From an uncultured Alphaproteobacteria bacterium (GTDB lineage: Bacteria; Pseudomonadota; Alphaproteobacteria; Rhizobiales; Devosiaceae), in assembly GCA_963717095.1 (NCBI GenBank), contig CAVQVF010000005.1:360404-392403 (forward strand): a DNA stretch of 32,000 nt. Direction: 5' to 3'. The notes under the pieces were generated by a model. It did not search any database. It saw nothing but the letters and a program-made list of their open reading frames with translations, and was not told the DNA's origin. Position numbers and translations under genes: made by a program. Below, piece by piece: positions 18,247 to 26,189 of the stretch. How positions within the stretch are numbered: the stretch's first letter is position 1; each line of letters starts with the position of its first letter.

Positions 18247-19275
18247 ATGAAAAATCGTGCTGTATTGCCTACCCTGAATGTCGGTTTGGGCATTCGTGCC
18301 GTGGCTCTGGCCAGCCTGCTCGGCGCAACCGCTCTGGCGACGGCCCCGTCCGCCATTGCCCAGGAACAGAAGTCGATGGCCGTCGTGGTCAAGGTGGCGG
18401 GCGATCCGTGGTGGAGCCGGCTGGAAGAGGGCCTGAACGAATATGCCGCGGCCCATCCGGGCATCAAGGTGTTCATGCAGGGCATCTCGCACTCCGACGC
18501 GGCCCTGCAGGCCCAGCTGATCGAAGATCTCGTGGCCCAGGATATCGACGCCATCGGCATCATCCCGATTTCCCCGCAAACGCTTGAGCCGGTCATCGCC
18601 AAGGCCCGGGCTCAGGGTATCGTCGTCGTCACCCATGAGGGTGAAACCCAGCCCACCAAGGACTACGATATCGAAGCCTTCGACAATGCCGAATATGGCG
18701 TTCACCTGATGGATCAGCTCGCCGAGCGCATGGGCGAGGAAGGCGAATACGCCGTCTATGTTGGCAAGCTGACCAATGTGTCGCAGAATATCTGGGTCGA
18801 TGCCGCCATCGCGCACCAGAAAGAAGCCTATCCCAAGATGACCCTGGTCGGCGACCGGATCGAAACCGGCGAAGACGCCGCGACCGCCTATCGCAAGACG
18901 CTCGAACTGCTGGTGGCCTATCCCAATATCAAGGGTTTCCAGGGCTCCTCGTCCAATGACCCGATCGGTATCGGCCAGGCCATTGAGGAAGCGGGCCTCG
19001 AAGAGGCCACCACCGTCGTCAGCACCAGCCTCGTGTCGCTGACCCAGGATCTGCTGCAAAGCGGTGCTGTCGATATGATCAGCTTCTGGGATCCCAAGCT
19101 CGCGGGTGAAGCGATGATGGAAGCCGCCGTTCGTGCCATGGACAAGAAGCCGATCGTGACGGGCGACGATCTGGGCATCGAAGGCTACAACAAGGTCACC
19201 GTGAAGGGCGATGTCGTCGTCGGCGCCGCCTGGGTCGACGTCACCGCCGAGAATATGGATCAGTACGACTTCTAA
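18247..19275 (+). CDS. sugar ABC transporter substrate-binding protein (RbsB/LsrB/RhaS-like, family 4)
   Basis: Signal peptide ATALATAPSAIAQ followed by MAVVVKVAGDPWWSRLEEGLNEYAAAHPGIKVFMQGISHSDAALQAQLIEDLVAQDIDAIGIIPIS; likely ATG 18247 within ORF 18199..19275. Confidence 0.9.
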   Translation: MKNRAVLPTLNVGLGIRAVALASLLGATALATAPSAIAQEQKSMAVVVKVAGDPWWSRLEEGLNEYAAAHPGIKVFMQGISHSDAALQAQLIEDLVAQDIDAIGIIPISPQTLEPVIAKARAQGIVVVTHEGETQPTKDYDIEAFDNAEYGVHLMDQLAERMGEEGEYAVYVGKLTNVSQNIWVDAAIAHQKEAYPKMTLVGDRIETGEDAATAYRKTLELLVAYPNIKGFQGSSSNDPIGIGQAIEEAGLEEATTVVSTSLVSLTQDLLQSGAVDMISFWDPKLAGEAMMEAAVRAMDKKPIVTGDDLGIEGYNKVTVKGDVVVGAAWVDVTAENMDQYDF

Positions 19276-19298
19276 GTCGGCGATTTTACGCAACTACG

Positions 19299-19320
19299 AT
19301 GCCGGGTCATGGCCCGGCAT
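19299..19320 (+). repeat. GC-rich intercistronic stem-loop 3' of the SBP gene
   Basis: Perfect 8-bp inverted repeat ATGCCGGG / CCCGGCAT with a 6-nt loop between the SBP stop (19275) and the ATPase start (19342); no U-tract. Confidence 0.65.
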
Positions 19321-19341
19321 CATTTGAATCGAGGGGGTTTC

Positions 19342-20880
19342 ATGGCTGACAGTGCGGACAATCAAGGGGCGAACTCCGGCGCTTCGCCACTCTTGCGCGT
19401 CGTCGATATCGCCAAGTCCTATGGCGGCGTCAGGGCATTGTCCGGTGTCAGCCTGGACGTGGCGGCGGGCGAGGTCATTTCGCTGGCCGGCGAAAACGGC
19501 TCGGGTAAATCGACCCTTATCCGCGCCATTGCCGGGGTCGAACGGCCCGATTCCGGCAAGATTTTCATCGATGGCGTCGATTGGTCGGAACAGCCGCCAT
19601 CCGCTCGTATCCATGCCGGCGTGCAGATCATCTATCAGGATTTCGCCCCTTTCCCCAATCTGACGGCGGCCGAAAATATCTGGTTGCCACGCCAGATCAG
19701 CCAGGGGCGCCACATCGTCAGCCGCGCCAAAGGCCGCGCCATGGCCCGCGCCGTGCTGGATGATATGAAGGTCAGCATCGATCTCGATCGGGACCTGAGC
19801 GAATTGCCGGTCTCCCATAAGCAACTGGTGGCCATCGCGCGGGCATTGGCCCATGACGCGCGCCTGCTGATCATGGACGAGCCGACCACCGCGCTGACCC
19901 ACCGCGAGGTCGACCAATTGTTCACCCTCATTCGCCGCCTGGCCGGGGAGGGGATGGGGTTCATCTTCGTCAGCCACAAATTGCAGGAAGTCGCCGATAT
20001 CGCCGAGCGCGCCGTGGTGCTGCGCAGCGGCTCGGTAGTACTCTCCGCGCCGCTCAAGACCTTGAGCGAAGCCGACATCCAGCGCGCCATGACCGGCCGG
20101 GAAATTTCATCCGATCGCTACGAGCGCCCGGTCCGCCCGGTGCCGGCGCAACCGCGTCTGTCTCTCAGCGGATTGTCGGACGGCACCCAGTTCCACGATG
20201 TCAGCTTCGATTTGGCCCCTGGCGAAATCCTCGGCCTGGCCGGGCTGATGGGCGCTGGCCGCACCGCTTTGGCGAAAGCGATTTTCGGCATCGAGCCTGC
20301 CACCAAAGGGCGGATCAGCATCGATGGGCGCGATATTGCGGTGCGCAGCGTGGCCGATGGCCTGCGCGGTGGCATCGCCTATGTTCCCGAGGACCGGCTG
20401 AGCGAGGGCCTGTTTCTCAATTTCAGCATCCGCGACAATATCGTGGTGCGCGCCGCCGCGCAGTTGACCGACCGGTTTGGCTGGCTCACCGGCCAGCGCA
20501 AGTCCAAGGAGGCCATGCAGTGGATCGACCGGCTGTCGATCAAGGCATCCTCGGATCGCGCCCCGGTCACCAGCCTTTCGGGCGGTAACCAGCAACGCGT
20601 GGTGCTTGCGAAGTGGATGGCCAGCCACCCCGCCGTGCTCATCCTCAATCGCCCTTCGGTCGGCGTCGATGTGGGCTCGAAAGCCGGCATTCACGATGTC
20701 ATCGTCGATCTGGCCAATCAGGGCGTCGGCATCATCGTCATCTCCGATGATCTGCCCGAGTTGATGCAGCTTTGTGACCGCCTGCTGGTCGTGCGCAATG
20801 GCCGGATCGCGGCGGAACGGATGGTGGCGCAAAGTTCGGCTGCTGAAATCGTGGCCATCATCAATGAGAGCAAGTCATGA
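19342..20880 (+). CDS. sugar ABC transporter ATP-binding protein (RbsA/MglA-type, duplicated ABC domains)
   Basis: N-terminal Walker A GENGSGKST, LLIMDEPTTAL, second domain signature SGGNQQRVVLAKWM; ATG 19342 is the likely start within ORF 19309..20880. Confidence 0.93.
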   Translation: MADSADNQGANSGASPLLRVVDIAKSYGGVRALSGVSLDVAAGEVISLAGENGSGKSTLIRAIAGVERPDSGKIFIDGVDWSEQPPSARIHAGVQIIYQDFAPFPNLTAAENIWLPRQISQGRHIVSRAKGRAMARAVLDDMKVSIDLDRDLSELPVSHKQLVAIARALAHDARLLIMDEPTTALTHREVDQLFTLIRRLAGEGMGFIFVSHKLQEVADIAERAVVLRSGSVVLSAPLKTLSEADIQRAMTGREISSDRYERPVRPVPAQPRLSLSGLSDGTQFHDVSFDLAPGEILGLAGLMGAGRTALAKAIFGIEPATKGRISIDGRDIAVRSVADGLRGGIAYVPEDRLSEGLFLNFSIRDNIVVRAAAQLTDRFGWLTGQRKSKEAMQWIDRLSIKASSDRAPVTSLSGGNQQRVVLAKWMASHPAVLILNRPSVGVDVGSKAGIHDVIVDLANQGVGIIVISDDLPELMQLCDRLLVVRNGRIAAERMVAQSSAAEIVAIINESKS

Positions 20881-21875
20881 GCATTTCACGATTTCTATTG
20901 CGGCAGGAGACCATGCTGCTGCTGGTCCTGATCCTGCTGGTGGCTGTCGTCGGGCTCATCAATCCGGGCTTCCTGACCTTCTTCAACCTGTTCTCCATGC
21001 TCAAGAGCAGCACCGTGGTCGGCCTGTTCGCCATCGGCTTCTTCATCGTTCTGGTGATCGGCGGGCTCGACGTATCCTTCGCCGCCATTGCCGTCGTGGC
21101 CATGTACGGCACCGTGGTTCTGGCCAATGCCGTGTTCCCGGACCTGTCGATTTGGGCGCTATTCGCCATAGCCGGGCTGATCGGGGCCGGGCTCGGCGCC
21201 ATCAATGGCGTGCTGGTCACCGTGCTCAAGGCGCCATCGCTGATCATCACTTTGGGCACCACCAGCCTGTTCCGTGGCTTCCTGCTCTATTTCGTCGGCA
21301 CCGATACCATCCGCAAAGTGCCTTCCGGCATGGTGGAGTTCTCGCGCATCAATGTCCTGTCCATGACCGCCGATAACGGCGCCAGGGTAGGGCTGCATGT
21401 CTCCGTGCTGATCTTTCTGGTCATTGCCGCACTGGTGTTTTTCGTGATGCGCTACACCACGATTGGCCGAAGTCTCTATGCCATTGGCGGCAATCGTGTC
21501 GCAGCGGCGCGCATGGGCATCAATGTGCAACGCATCGAAATCCTCGCCTATACGGCGGCCGGGCTGCTCGCCGGTATTGGCGGGCTGACCGCCGCCGGCG
21601 TGATCCGTCTCGCCAATCCGCAGACCCTGGTCGGCGGCGAGCTGGACGTCATCGCCGCAGTCGTCATCGGTGGCGCTGCAATCACTGGCGGACGCGGCAG
21701 CGTGATCGGCGTCCTGCTGGGCACGCTGCTGATCGTCACCACCAATAACAGCCTGATCGTGCTGGGCGTATCGACGGTCTGGCAGAAGGTTGCCATCGGA
21801 GCCCTGCTGCTGCTGGCCATCGGCCTGCCGCTGCTTGGCCGGCTCCTCCAGGGGCAGAAGGGAACGCAGCCATGA
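20877..21875 (+). CDS. sugar ABC transporter permease (RbsC family)
   Basis: 332 aa with family motifs FFIVLVIGGLDVSFAAIA, GAGLGAINGVLVTVLKAPSLIITLGTTSLFRG, and YAIGGNRVAAARMGINVQRIEILAYTAAGLLAGIGGL. Confidence 0.93.
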   Translation: MSISRFLLRQETMLLLVLILLVAVVGLINPGFLTFFNLFSMLKSSTVVGLFAIGFFIVLVIGGLDVSFAAIAVVAMYGTVVLANAVFPDLSIWALFAIAGLIGAGLGAINGVLVTVLKAPSLIITLGTTSLFRGFLLYFVGTDTIRKVPSGMVEFSRINVLSMTADNGARVGLHVSVLIFLVIAALVFFVMRYTTIGRSLYAIGGNRVAAARMGINVQRIEILAYTAAGLLAGIGGLTAAGVIRLANPQTLVGGELDVIAAVVIGGAAITGGRGSVIGVLLGTLLIVTTNNSLIVLGVSTVWQKVAIGALLLLAIGLPLLGRLLQGQKGTQP

Positions 21876-22930
21876 GCACCGCCAGCCAGGCCAGGGAAAA
21901 GCAGCCCATGAGATTGCCCGAATATCTGAGCCCGCATGTCATCGTGCTGTTCGTCGTCGCTGTCCTCGTCGCCGCCGGGCTGGGATTGGCGCGGCCCGAT
22001 ATTTTCCTCAGCGCCCAAAACCTTCAGTCCATGCTGCTGCAGACCAGCGTCATCGGCCTGCTATCCCTGGCCGTGGCCCTGACCTTGCTGACCGGCGGCA
22101 TCGATCTTTCGGTCAATGCCACCGCCAATCTTGGCTCGATCATCGCCGCTAATTTGATGGCCGGCATGGTCGCCAGCCAGTTCGGCCTGCCTCCTGAATT
22201 GGTGGCGGTTGTCGGCCTGGCAATAGGATTGGGCGTCGGCGTGCTGTGCGGGCTGTTCAATGGCGTGCTGATCGCCGTCCTCGGCTATTCACCCATTCTG
22301 GCAACGCTGGGCACCATGACGCTGTTCGTCGGCATCGGCACCGTGATTACCGGCGGCAGCACGCTGTTCGGCATCGAGGCCTTTGCGGCAGTCGGGCGCG
22401 GAACCTTGCTCGGCCTGCCCGTGCCGGCGCTGATCTTCGTGCTGGCGGCGATTGCCCTGGCCTTCATGCTGCATGGGCGCCGGTTCGGCTTCAACGTCTA
22501 TCTCTACGGCGCCAATCCCGTTGCCGCGCGCTATTCCGGCATCAACACACGGCGCCTGCTCTTGGCGGTCTATGCCCTGAGCGGGGCGCTGGCCGGTCTG
22601 GCCGGCATGATCAACCTGGGCGTGACCAATTCCGCCAATGTCGATTTCGGTTCCTCCTATGTGCTGATGGCCATTCTGGTTGCCGTTCTGGGCGGCATTT
22701 CGCCCCTGGGCGGCGCGGGCAAGATCGTCGGCGTGATCTTCTCCGTCGTCATCCTGCAGCTATTGTCCACCGGCCTCAATCTGGTGTTCCAATCGAGCGG
22801 CAGCAATTTCCTCAAGGACTTTGCCTGGGGCGCGACCCTCATCCTGGTCCTGGCGGTTGGCGCCGTGCAGCCCAAATATTTCCGAACGCTGCTGAGCCTC
22901 GGGCGAACAACCAAACAACGGGGCCTGTGA
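21872..22930 (+). CDS. sugar ABC transporter permease (RbsC family), second subunit
   Basis: 352 aa with LTGGIDLSVNATANLGSI and YGANPVAARYSGINTRRLLLAVYALSGALAGLAG; ATGA overlap with the upstream permease. Confidence 0.93.
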   Translation: MSTASQAREKQPMRLPEYLSPHVIVLFVVAVLVAAGLGLARPDIFLSAQNLQSMLLQTSVIGLLSLAVALTLLTGGIDLSVNATANLGSIIAANLMAGMVASQFGLPPELVAVVGLAIGLGVGVLCGLFNGVLIAVLGYSPILATLGTMTLFVGIGTVITGGSTLFGIEAFAAVGRGTLLGLPVPALIFVLAAIALAFMLHGRRFGFNVYLYGANPVAARYSGINTRRLLLAVYALSGALAGLAGMINLGVTNSANVDFGSSYVLMAILVAVLGGISPLGGAGKIVGVIFSVVILQLLSTGLNLVFQSSGSNFLKDFAWGATLILVLAVGAVQPKYFRTLLSLGRTTKQRGL

Positions 22931-22932
22931 TC

Positions 22933-23127
22933 ATGCAGACCAAGGACGACGCCGTACTCCTGGCCTGCGACGCCATGCTGCGCGAAGTTGGCAATATGCC
23001 ATTGACGCCCGAGCGCCTGGACGATGCCTCCGGCGTCATCCGCAGCATCGTCGCGGCGATCCGCGCCATGGATGAAGTCGATGTCGACGAAGTCGAACCC
23101 GCCTTCGTCTTCAGGGCGCAGCCATGA
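22933..23127 (+). CDS. AtzG-like / DUF4089-type small protein, likely amidase partner
   Basis: MQTKDDAVLLACDAMLREVGNMPLTPERLDDASGVIRSIVAAIRAMDEVDVDEVEPAFVFRAQP (64 aa), overlapping the amidase start by 4 nt. The ORF track shows it only as the tail of 22246..23127. Confidence 0.72.
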   Translation: MQTKDDAVLLACDAMLREVGNMPLTPERLDDASGVIRSIVAAIRAMDEVDVDEVEPAFVFRAQP

Positions 23128-24530
23128 CCCCTGCACCCCTGAGCATTCGCCAAGCCGGCGAGCAGCTGCGTGCCCGCACGCTGAAAGCCACCCAGCTGGT
23201 GGGCCAGGCTATCGCCGCCGCAGACCGCTCGGACAAGGCGCTCAACGTCTTTGCCGCGCGGGCCGATAGCCAGCGCCTGCTGGACCAAGCCGGACAGATC
23301 GACCGCCGCCTCGATGCCGGTGACGCCGTCGGCCCCCTGGCCGGCATTCCGCTCGCCATCAAGGATCTTTTCGACACTTACGATCTGCCCACCACGGCCA
23401 GCTCCAAGGTTCTGGCCGGCCGCCAGACCGAGGGCGATGCCGTCGCCGTGGCGCGCCTGCGGGCTGCCGGTGGCGTCGTGGTCGGCAAGTCGCAGACCCA
23501 TGAATTTGCCTATGGCCCCACCACCAACAACGACTATGCCGGCCCCTCGCACAATCCGTGGAACCCCGAACACGTCCCGGGCGGCTCCAGCGGCGGTTCC
23601 GCCATCGCGGTCGCCACTGGCATGTGCATGGGCGCGACCGGCAGCGATACCGGCGGCTCCATCCGCACGCCCAGCGCGCTCTGCGGCATTTCCGGCCTCA
23701 AACCCACCTATGGCCTTGTCAGCAAGCGCGGCGTGCTGTCGCTCGCCTGGTCGCTCGATCACGCCGGCCCCATGGCGCGCAGCGTCGATGACCTCGCCTT
23801 CCTGCTCGAAGCCATGGCCGGTTTCGATCCCGAAGACCCCGGCTCGGCCCAGGTGACGCTGCCACGCTATAGCGAAGTCGCCGCCCAGCCCCCCGAAGCC
23901 CTGCGGATCGGCGTTCCCGCCCACTATTTCCTCGATACCATCGACCCCGAAGTGCGCGCTGCCTTCGAGACTTCGCTCGATACCCTTCGCGCCCTCGGCC
24001 ACAGCGTCGAAACCGTCGTGCTGCCGCATCTCAAATACGCGCTAGGCGCGGAACTGGCGATCCTGGCCTCGGAAGCCTCCGCCTATCACCGCGACCGGAT
24101 GCGGATGCAAGCCAACGACTTCTCATCCAACGTGCGGCGCGAACTCGATGCCGGCATGACCGTGCTGGCCACCGACTACCTGCTCGGCCAGCGCGTCCGC
24201 CGCCTGATTTGCCGGGATTTCGCCGAGGTCTTCACCAAGCTCGATGTGCTGGCAACGCCCACCATCCCCATCGTCGCGCCCCGCATCGGCGCTGCCACGG
24301 TATCGATCGAGGGCGTCGACTATCCGGCGCTGAACGCGATCTGGCGCAATGTGTTTCCCACCAATCTCACCGGCTCACCGACCCTGTGCCTGCCCAACGG
24401 TTTCTCGCGCTCGAACCTGCCGATCAGCCTGCAATTGATCGGCCGCAATTTCGACGAAGCCACCCTGCTGCGCCTCGGTGTCCAGTTGCAGAACCACACC
24501 GACTGGCACCGCCAGACCCCACCCGTCTAG
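23124..24530 (+). CDS. amidase signature family amidase (AtzE/GatA-like)
   Basis: Amidase signature with Lys (AIKDLF), cis-Ser/Ser region PGGSSGGSAIAVATGMCMGATGSDTGGSIRTPSALCGISGLKPTYG. Confidence 0.94.
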   Translation: MTPAPLSIRQAGEQLRARTLKATQLVGQAIAAADRSDKALNVFAARADSQRLLDQAGQIDRRLDAGDAVGPLAGIPLAIKDLFDTYDLPTTASSKVLAGRQTEGDAVAVARLRAAGGVVVGKSQTHEFAYGPTTNNDYAGPSHNPWNPEHVPGGSSGGSAIAVATGMCMGATGSDTGGSIRTPSALCGISGLKPTYGLVSKRGVLSLAWSLDHAGPMARSVDDLAFLLEAMAGFDPEDPGSAQVTLPRYSEVAAQPPEALRIGVPAHYFLDTIDPEVRAAFETSLDTLRALGHSVETVVLPHLKYALGAELAILASEASAYHRDRMRMQANDFSSNVRRELDAGMTVLATDYLLGQRVRRLICRDFAEVFTKLDVLATPTIPIVAPRIGAATVSIEGVDYPALNAIWRNVFPTNLTGSPTLCLPNGFSRSNLPISLQLIGRNFDEATLLRLGVQLQNHTDWHRQTPPV

Positions 24531-24556
24531 CCCTTTTGAATTCGGAGTTGCTGCCT

Positions 24557-25609
24557 ATGCCGCGCTATGACGCCGGGGAACTGATTGCCTTCGCCGCCGC
24601 CCTGCTGGTTCGCCACGGCATGCAAGCAAACCGCGCGCAGCCTGTAGCCGAGATCCTTGTCGAAGCCGATATGATGGGCCACGACACCCACGGCCTGCAA
24701 TTGCTGCCCGCCTATCTGGCCGATTTGACATCCGGCCGCATGGCCGCCGATGGCGAACCGACCGTGGTCAGCGACCGCGGCGCGGTGGCAGTCTGGGACG
24801 GCGGCTGGCTGAGCGGGGTATGGCTCACCCTGCAGGGGCTGGAAACGGCTGCGGCCAAGGCAAAGGCCTTCGGCATCGGCGCCGTCGCCATCCGGCGCAG
24901 CCATCACATCGCCTGCCTGCAAGCCTATCTGCCCCGCATCACCGAGCAGGGGCTGATGGCCATGATTACCTGTTCGGACCCGTCGGGGGCCTCCGTCGCC
25001 CCCTTCGGCGGGCTCGATGCGGTCTTCACGCCCGATCCAATCGCTCTGGGCATTCCCACCGAGGGCGAACCGATCCTGATCGACATGTCCTCCTCCATCA
25101 CCACCAATGGCATGACCGGACGGCTCGACCGGAACGGCGAGCGGGCAGGGGGCCTGTGGATGCAGGATAGCGAGGGCAGGGCCACCGACGATCCCAAGGT
25201 GCTCAGCCAGGTTCCCCCCGGCACGCTGCTGCCCACCGGCGGCCACGACCACGGCCACAAAGGCTATGGCATGGCGCTGATGGTTGAAGCTCTCTCCCAG
25301 GGCCTGAGCGGCTATAGCCGCGATACCGCGGAAAAACGGTGGGGCGCCGCCACCTTCATCCAGGTCTTCGATCCCGAACTTTTCGCCGGCGCCGGCGCCT
25401 ATCAGGAAACAACTTCGGCCCTGGTCCGCCTCTGCCTGGGCTCGCGCCCCCATCCCGATATGGGCGCCGTACGCATGCCTGGCCAAAAGGCCCTCTCCCG
25501 CCGCCGCGACGCATTGGAAAACGGCGTGCCGCTCATCGATGGCGTGGTCAAAGCCCTCACCAACATTCCCACCCGCGACGGCATCGACCTCCCCACGGCA
25601 CGGCAATAG
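24557..25609 (+). CDS. Ldh family oxidoreductase (malate/L-lactate dehydrogenase 2 family)
   Basis: ILVEADMMGHDTHGLQLLPAYL, AIRRSHHIACLQAYLPRITEQGLMAMITCSDPSGASVAPFGGLDAVFTPDPIALGIPT; likely ATG 24557 within ORF 24209..25609. Confidence 0.87.
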   Translation: MPRYDAGELIAFAAALLVRHGMQANRAQPVAEILVEADMMGHDTHGLQLLPAYLADLTSGRMAADGEPTVVSDRGAVAVWDGGWLSGVWLTLQGLETAAAKAKAFGIGAVAIRRSHHIACLQAYLPRITEQGLMAMITCSDPSGASVAPFGGLDAVFTPDPIALGIPTEGEPILIDMSSSITTNGMTGRLDRNGERAGGLWMQDSEGRATDDPKVLSQVPPGTLLPTGGHDHGHKGYGMALMVEALSQGLSGYSRDTAEKRWGAATFIQVFDPELFAGAGAYQETTSALVRLCLGSRPHPDMGAVRMPGQKALSRRRDALENGVPLIDGVVKALTNIPTRDGIDLPTARQ

Positions 25610-25650
25610 GCCCGAAACGGGAACCGACTATCACCGATGACCACCACCGA

Positions 25651-25808
25651 CTGAGAGCCCCAATCTGATCCCCTCCCCCTTGAGGGGAGGGTTAGGGTGG
25701 GGGTTCTGACCCCTCAGCAGGGTTCATCCAGAGGTATAGGCCTGTTTGAAAGCCCAGAACCCCCACCCTAATCCTCCCCTCAAGGGGGAGGGGACCGATT
25801 GGGGCTCC
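25651..25808. repeat. long imperfect inverted-repeat element, copy A
   Basis: Left arm CTGAGAGCCCCAATCTGATCCCCTCCCCCTTGAGGGGAGGGTTAGGGTGGGGGTTCTG is nearly the reverse complement of right arm CAGAACCCCCACCCTAATCCTCCCCTCAAGGGGGAGGGGACCGATTGGGGCTCCCA. Confidence 0.85.
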
Positions 25809-25981
25809 CAAAAACCACGGCAAACCAGAATCTCGATTCAGCCTGCCCCTGCTGTACAACCCGAAAATCCAGGTGTGAGGGCCGCCCCCTAGGCTAAACC
25901 GCTTATGCTTTCCTTATACCGCCCGCCCGCAATTCATATGGCGATTTAATGCGGTAAAGCGCGATGAACGGCCTTCGGATC

Positions 25982-26077
25982 ATGGAGGCAATCATGCTCG
26001 ATCTCGTCTTTTTACTGTTGGGAGCCGCGCTGTTCCTTGGGCTGGCGCTGTATGCGCGCAGCCTGAACCGGCTGTGA
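25982..26077 (+). CDS. small hydrophobic peptide upstream of kdpF (MEAIMLDLVFLLLGAALFLGLALYARSLNRL)
   Basis: 31 codons (or 27 from the internal ATG 25994); a single predicted TM helix with a KdpF-like basic tail, 7 nt before kdpF. Confidence 0.6.
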   Translation: MEAIMLDLVFLLLGAALFLGLALYARSLNRL

Positions 26078-26084
26078 GGCCCAG

Positions 26085-26171
26085 ATGATCATTCCCATCA
26101 TCGCATTCGTGGTGGCGCTCGCGCTCGCCGTCTATCTGCTCGTCACCCTGCTCGCGCCCGAGCGGTTCTGA
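26085..26171 (+). CDS. kdpF: potassium-transporting ATPase subunit F
   Basis: 28 aa MIIPIIAFVVALALAVYLLVTLLAPERF, with the diagnostic PERF C-terminus, immediately upstream of kdpA. Confidence 0.85.
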   Translation: MIIPIIAFVVALALAVYLLVTLLAPERF

Positions 26172-26189
26172 GCTATTGGAGTTTTTCTC

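Noticed and set aside
22839-24029. 396-aa minus-strand ORF
   Set aside because: Antisense to the amidase and permease genes; composition artefact.
24527-25606. 359-aa minus-strand ORF
   Set aside because: Antisense to the Ldh2-family dehydrogenase; no domain.
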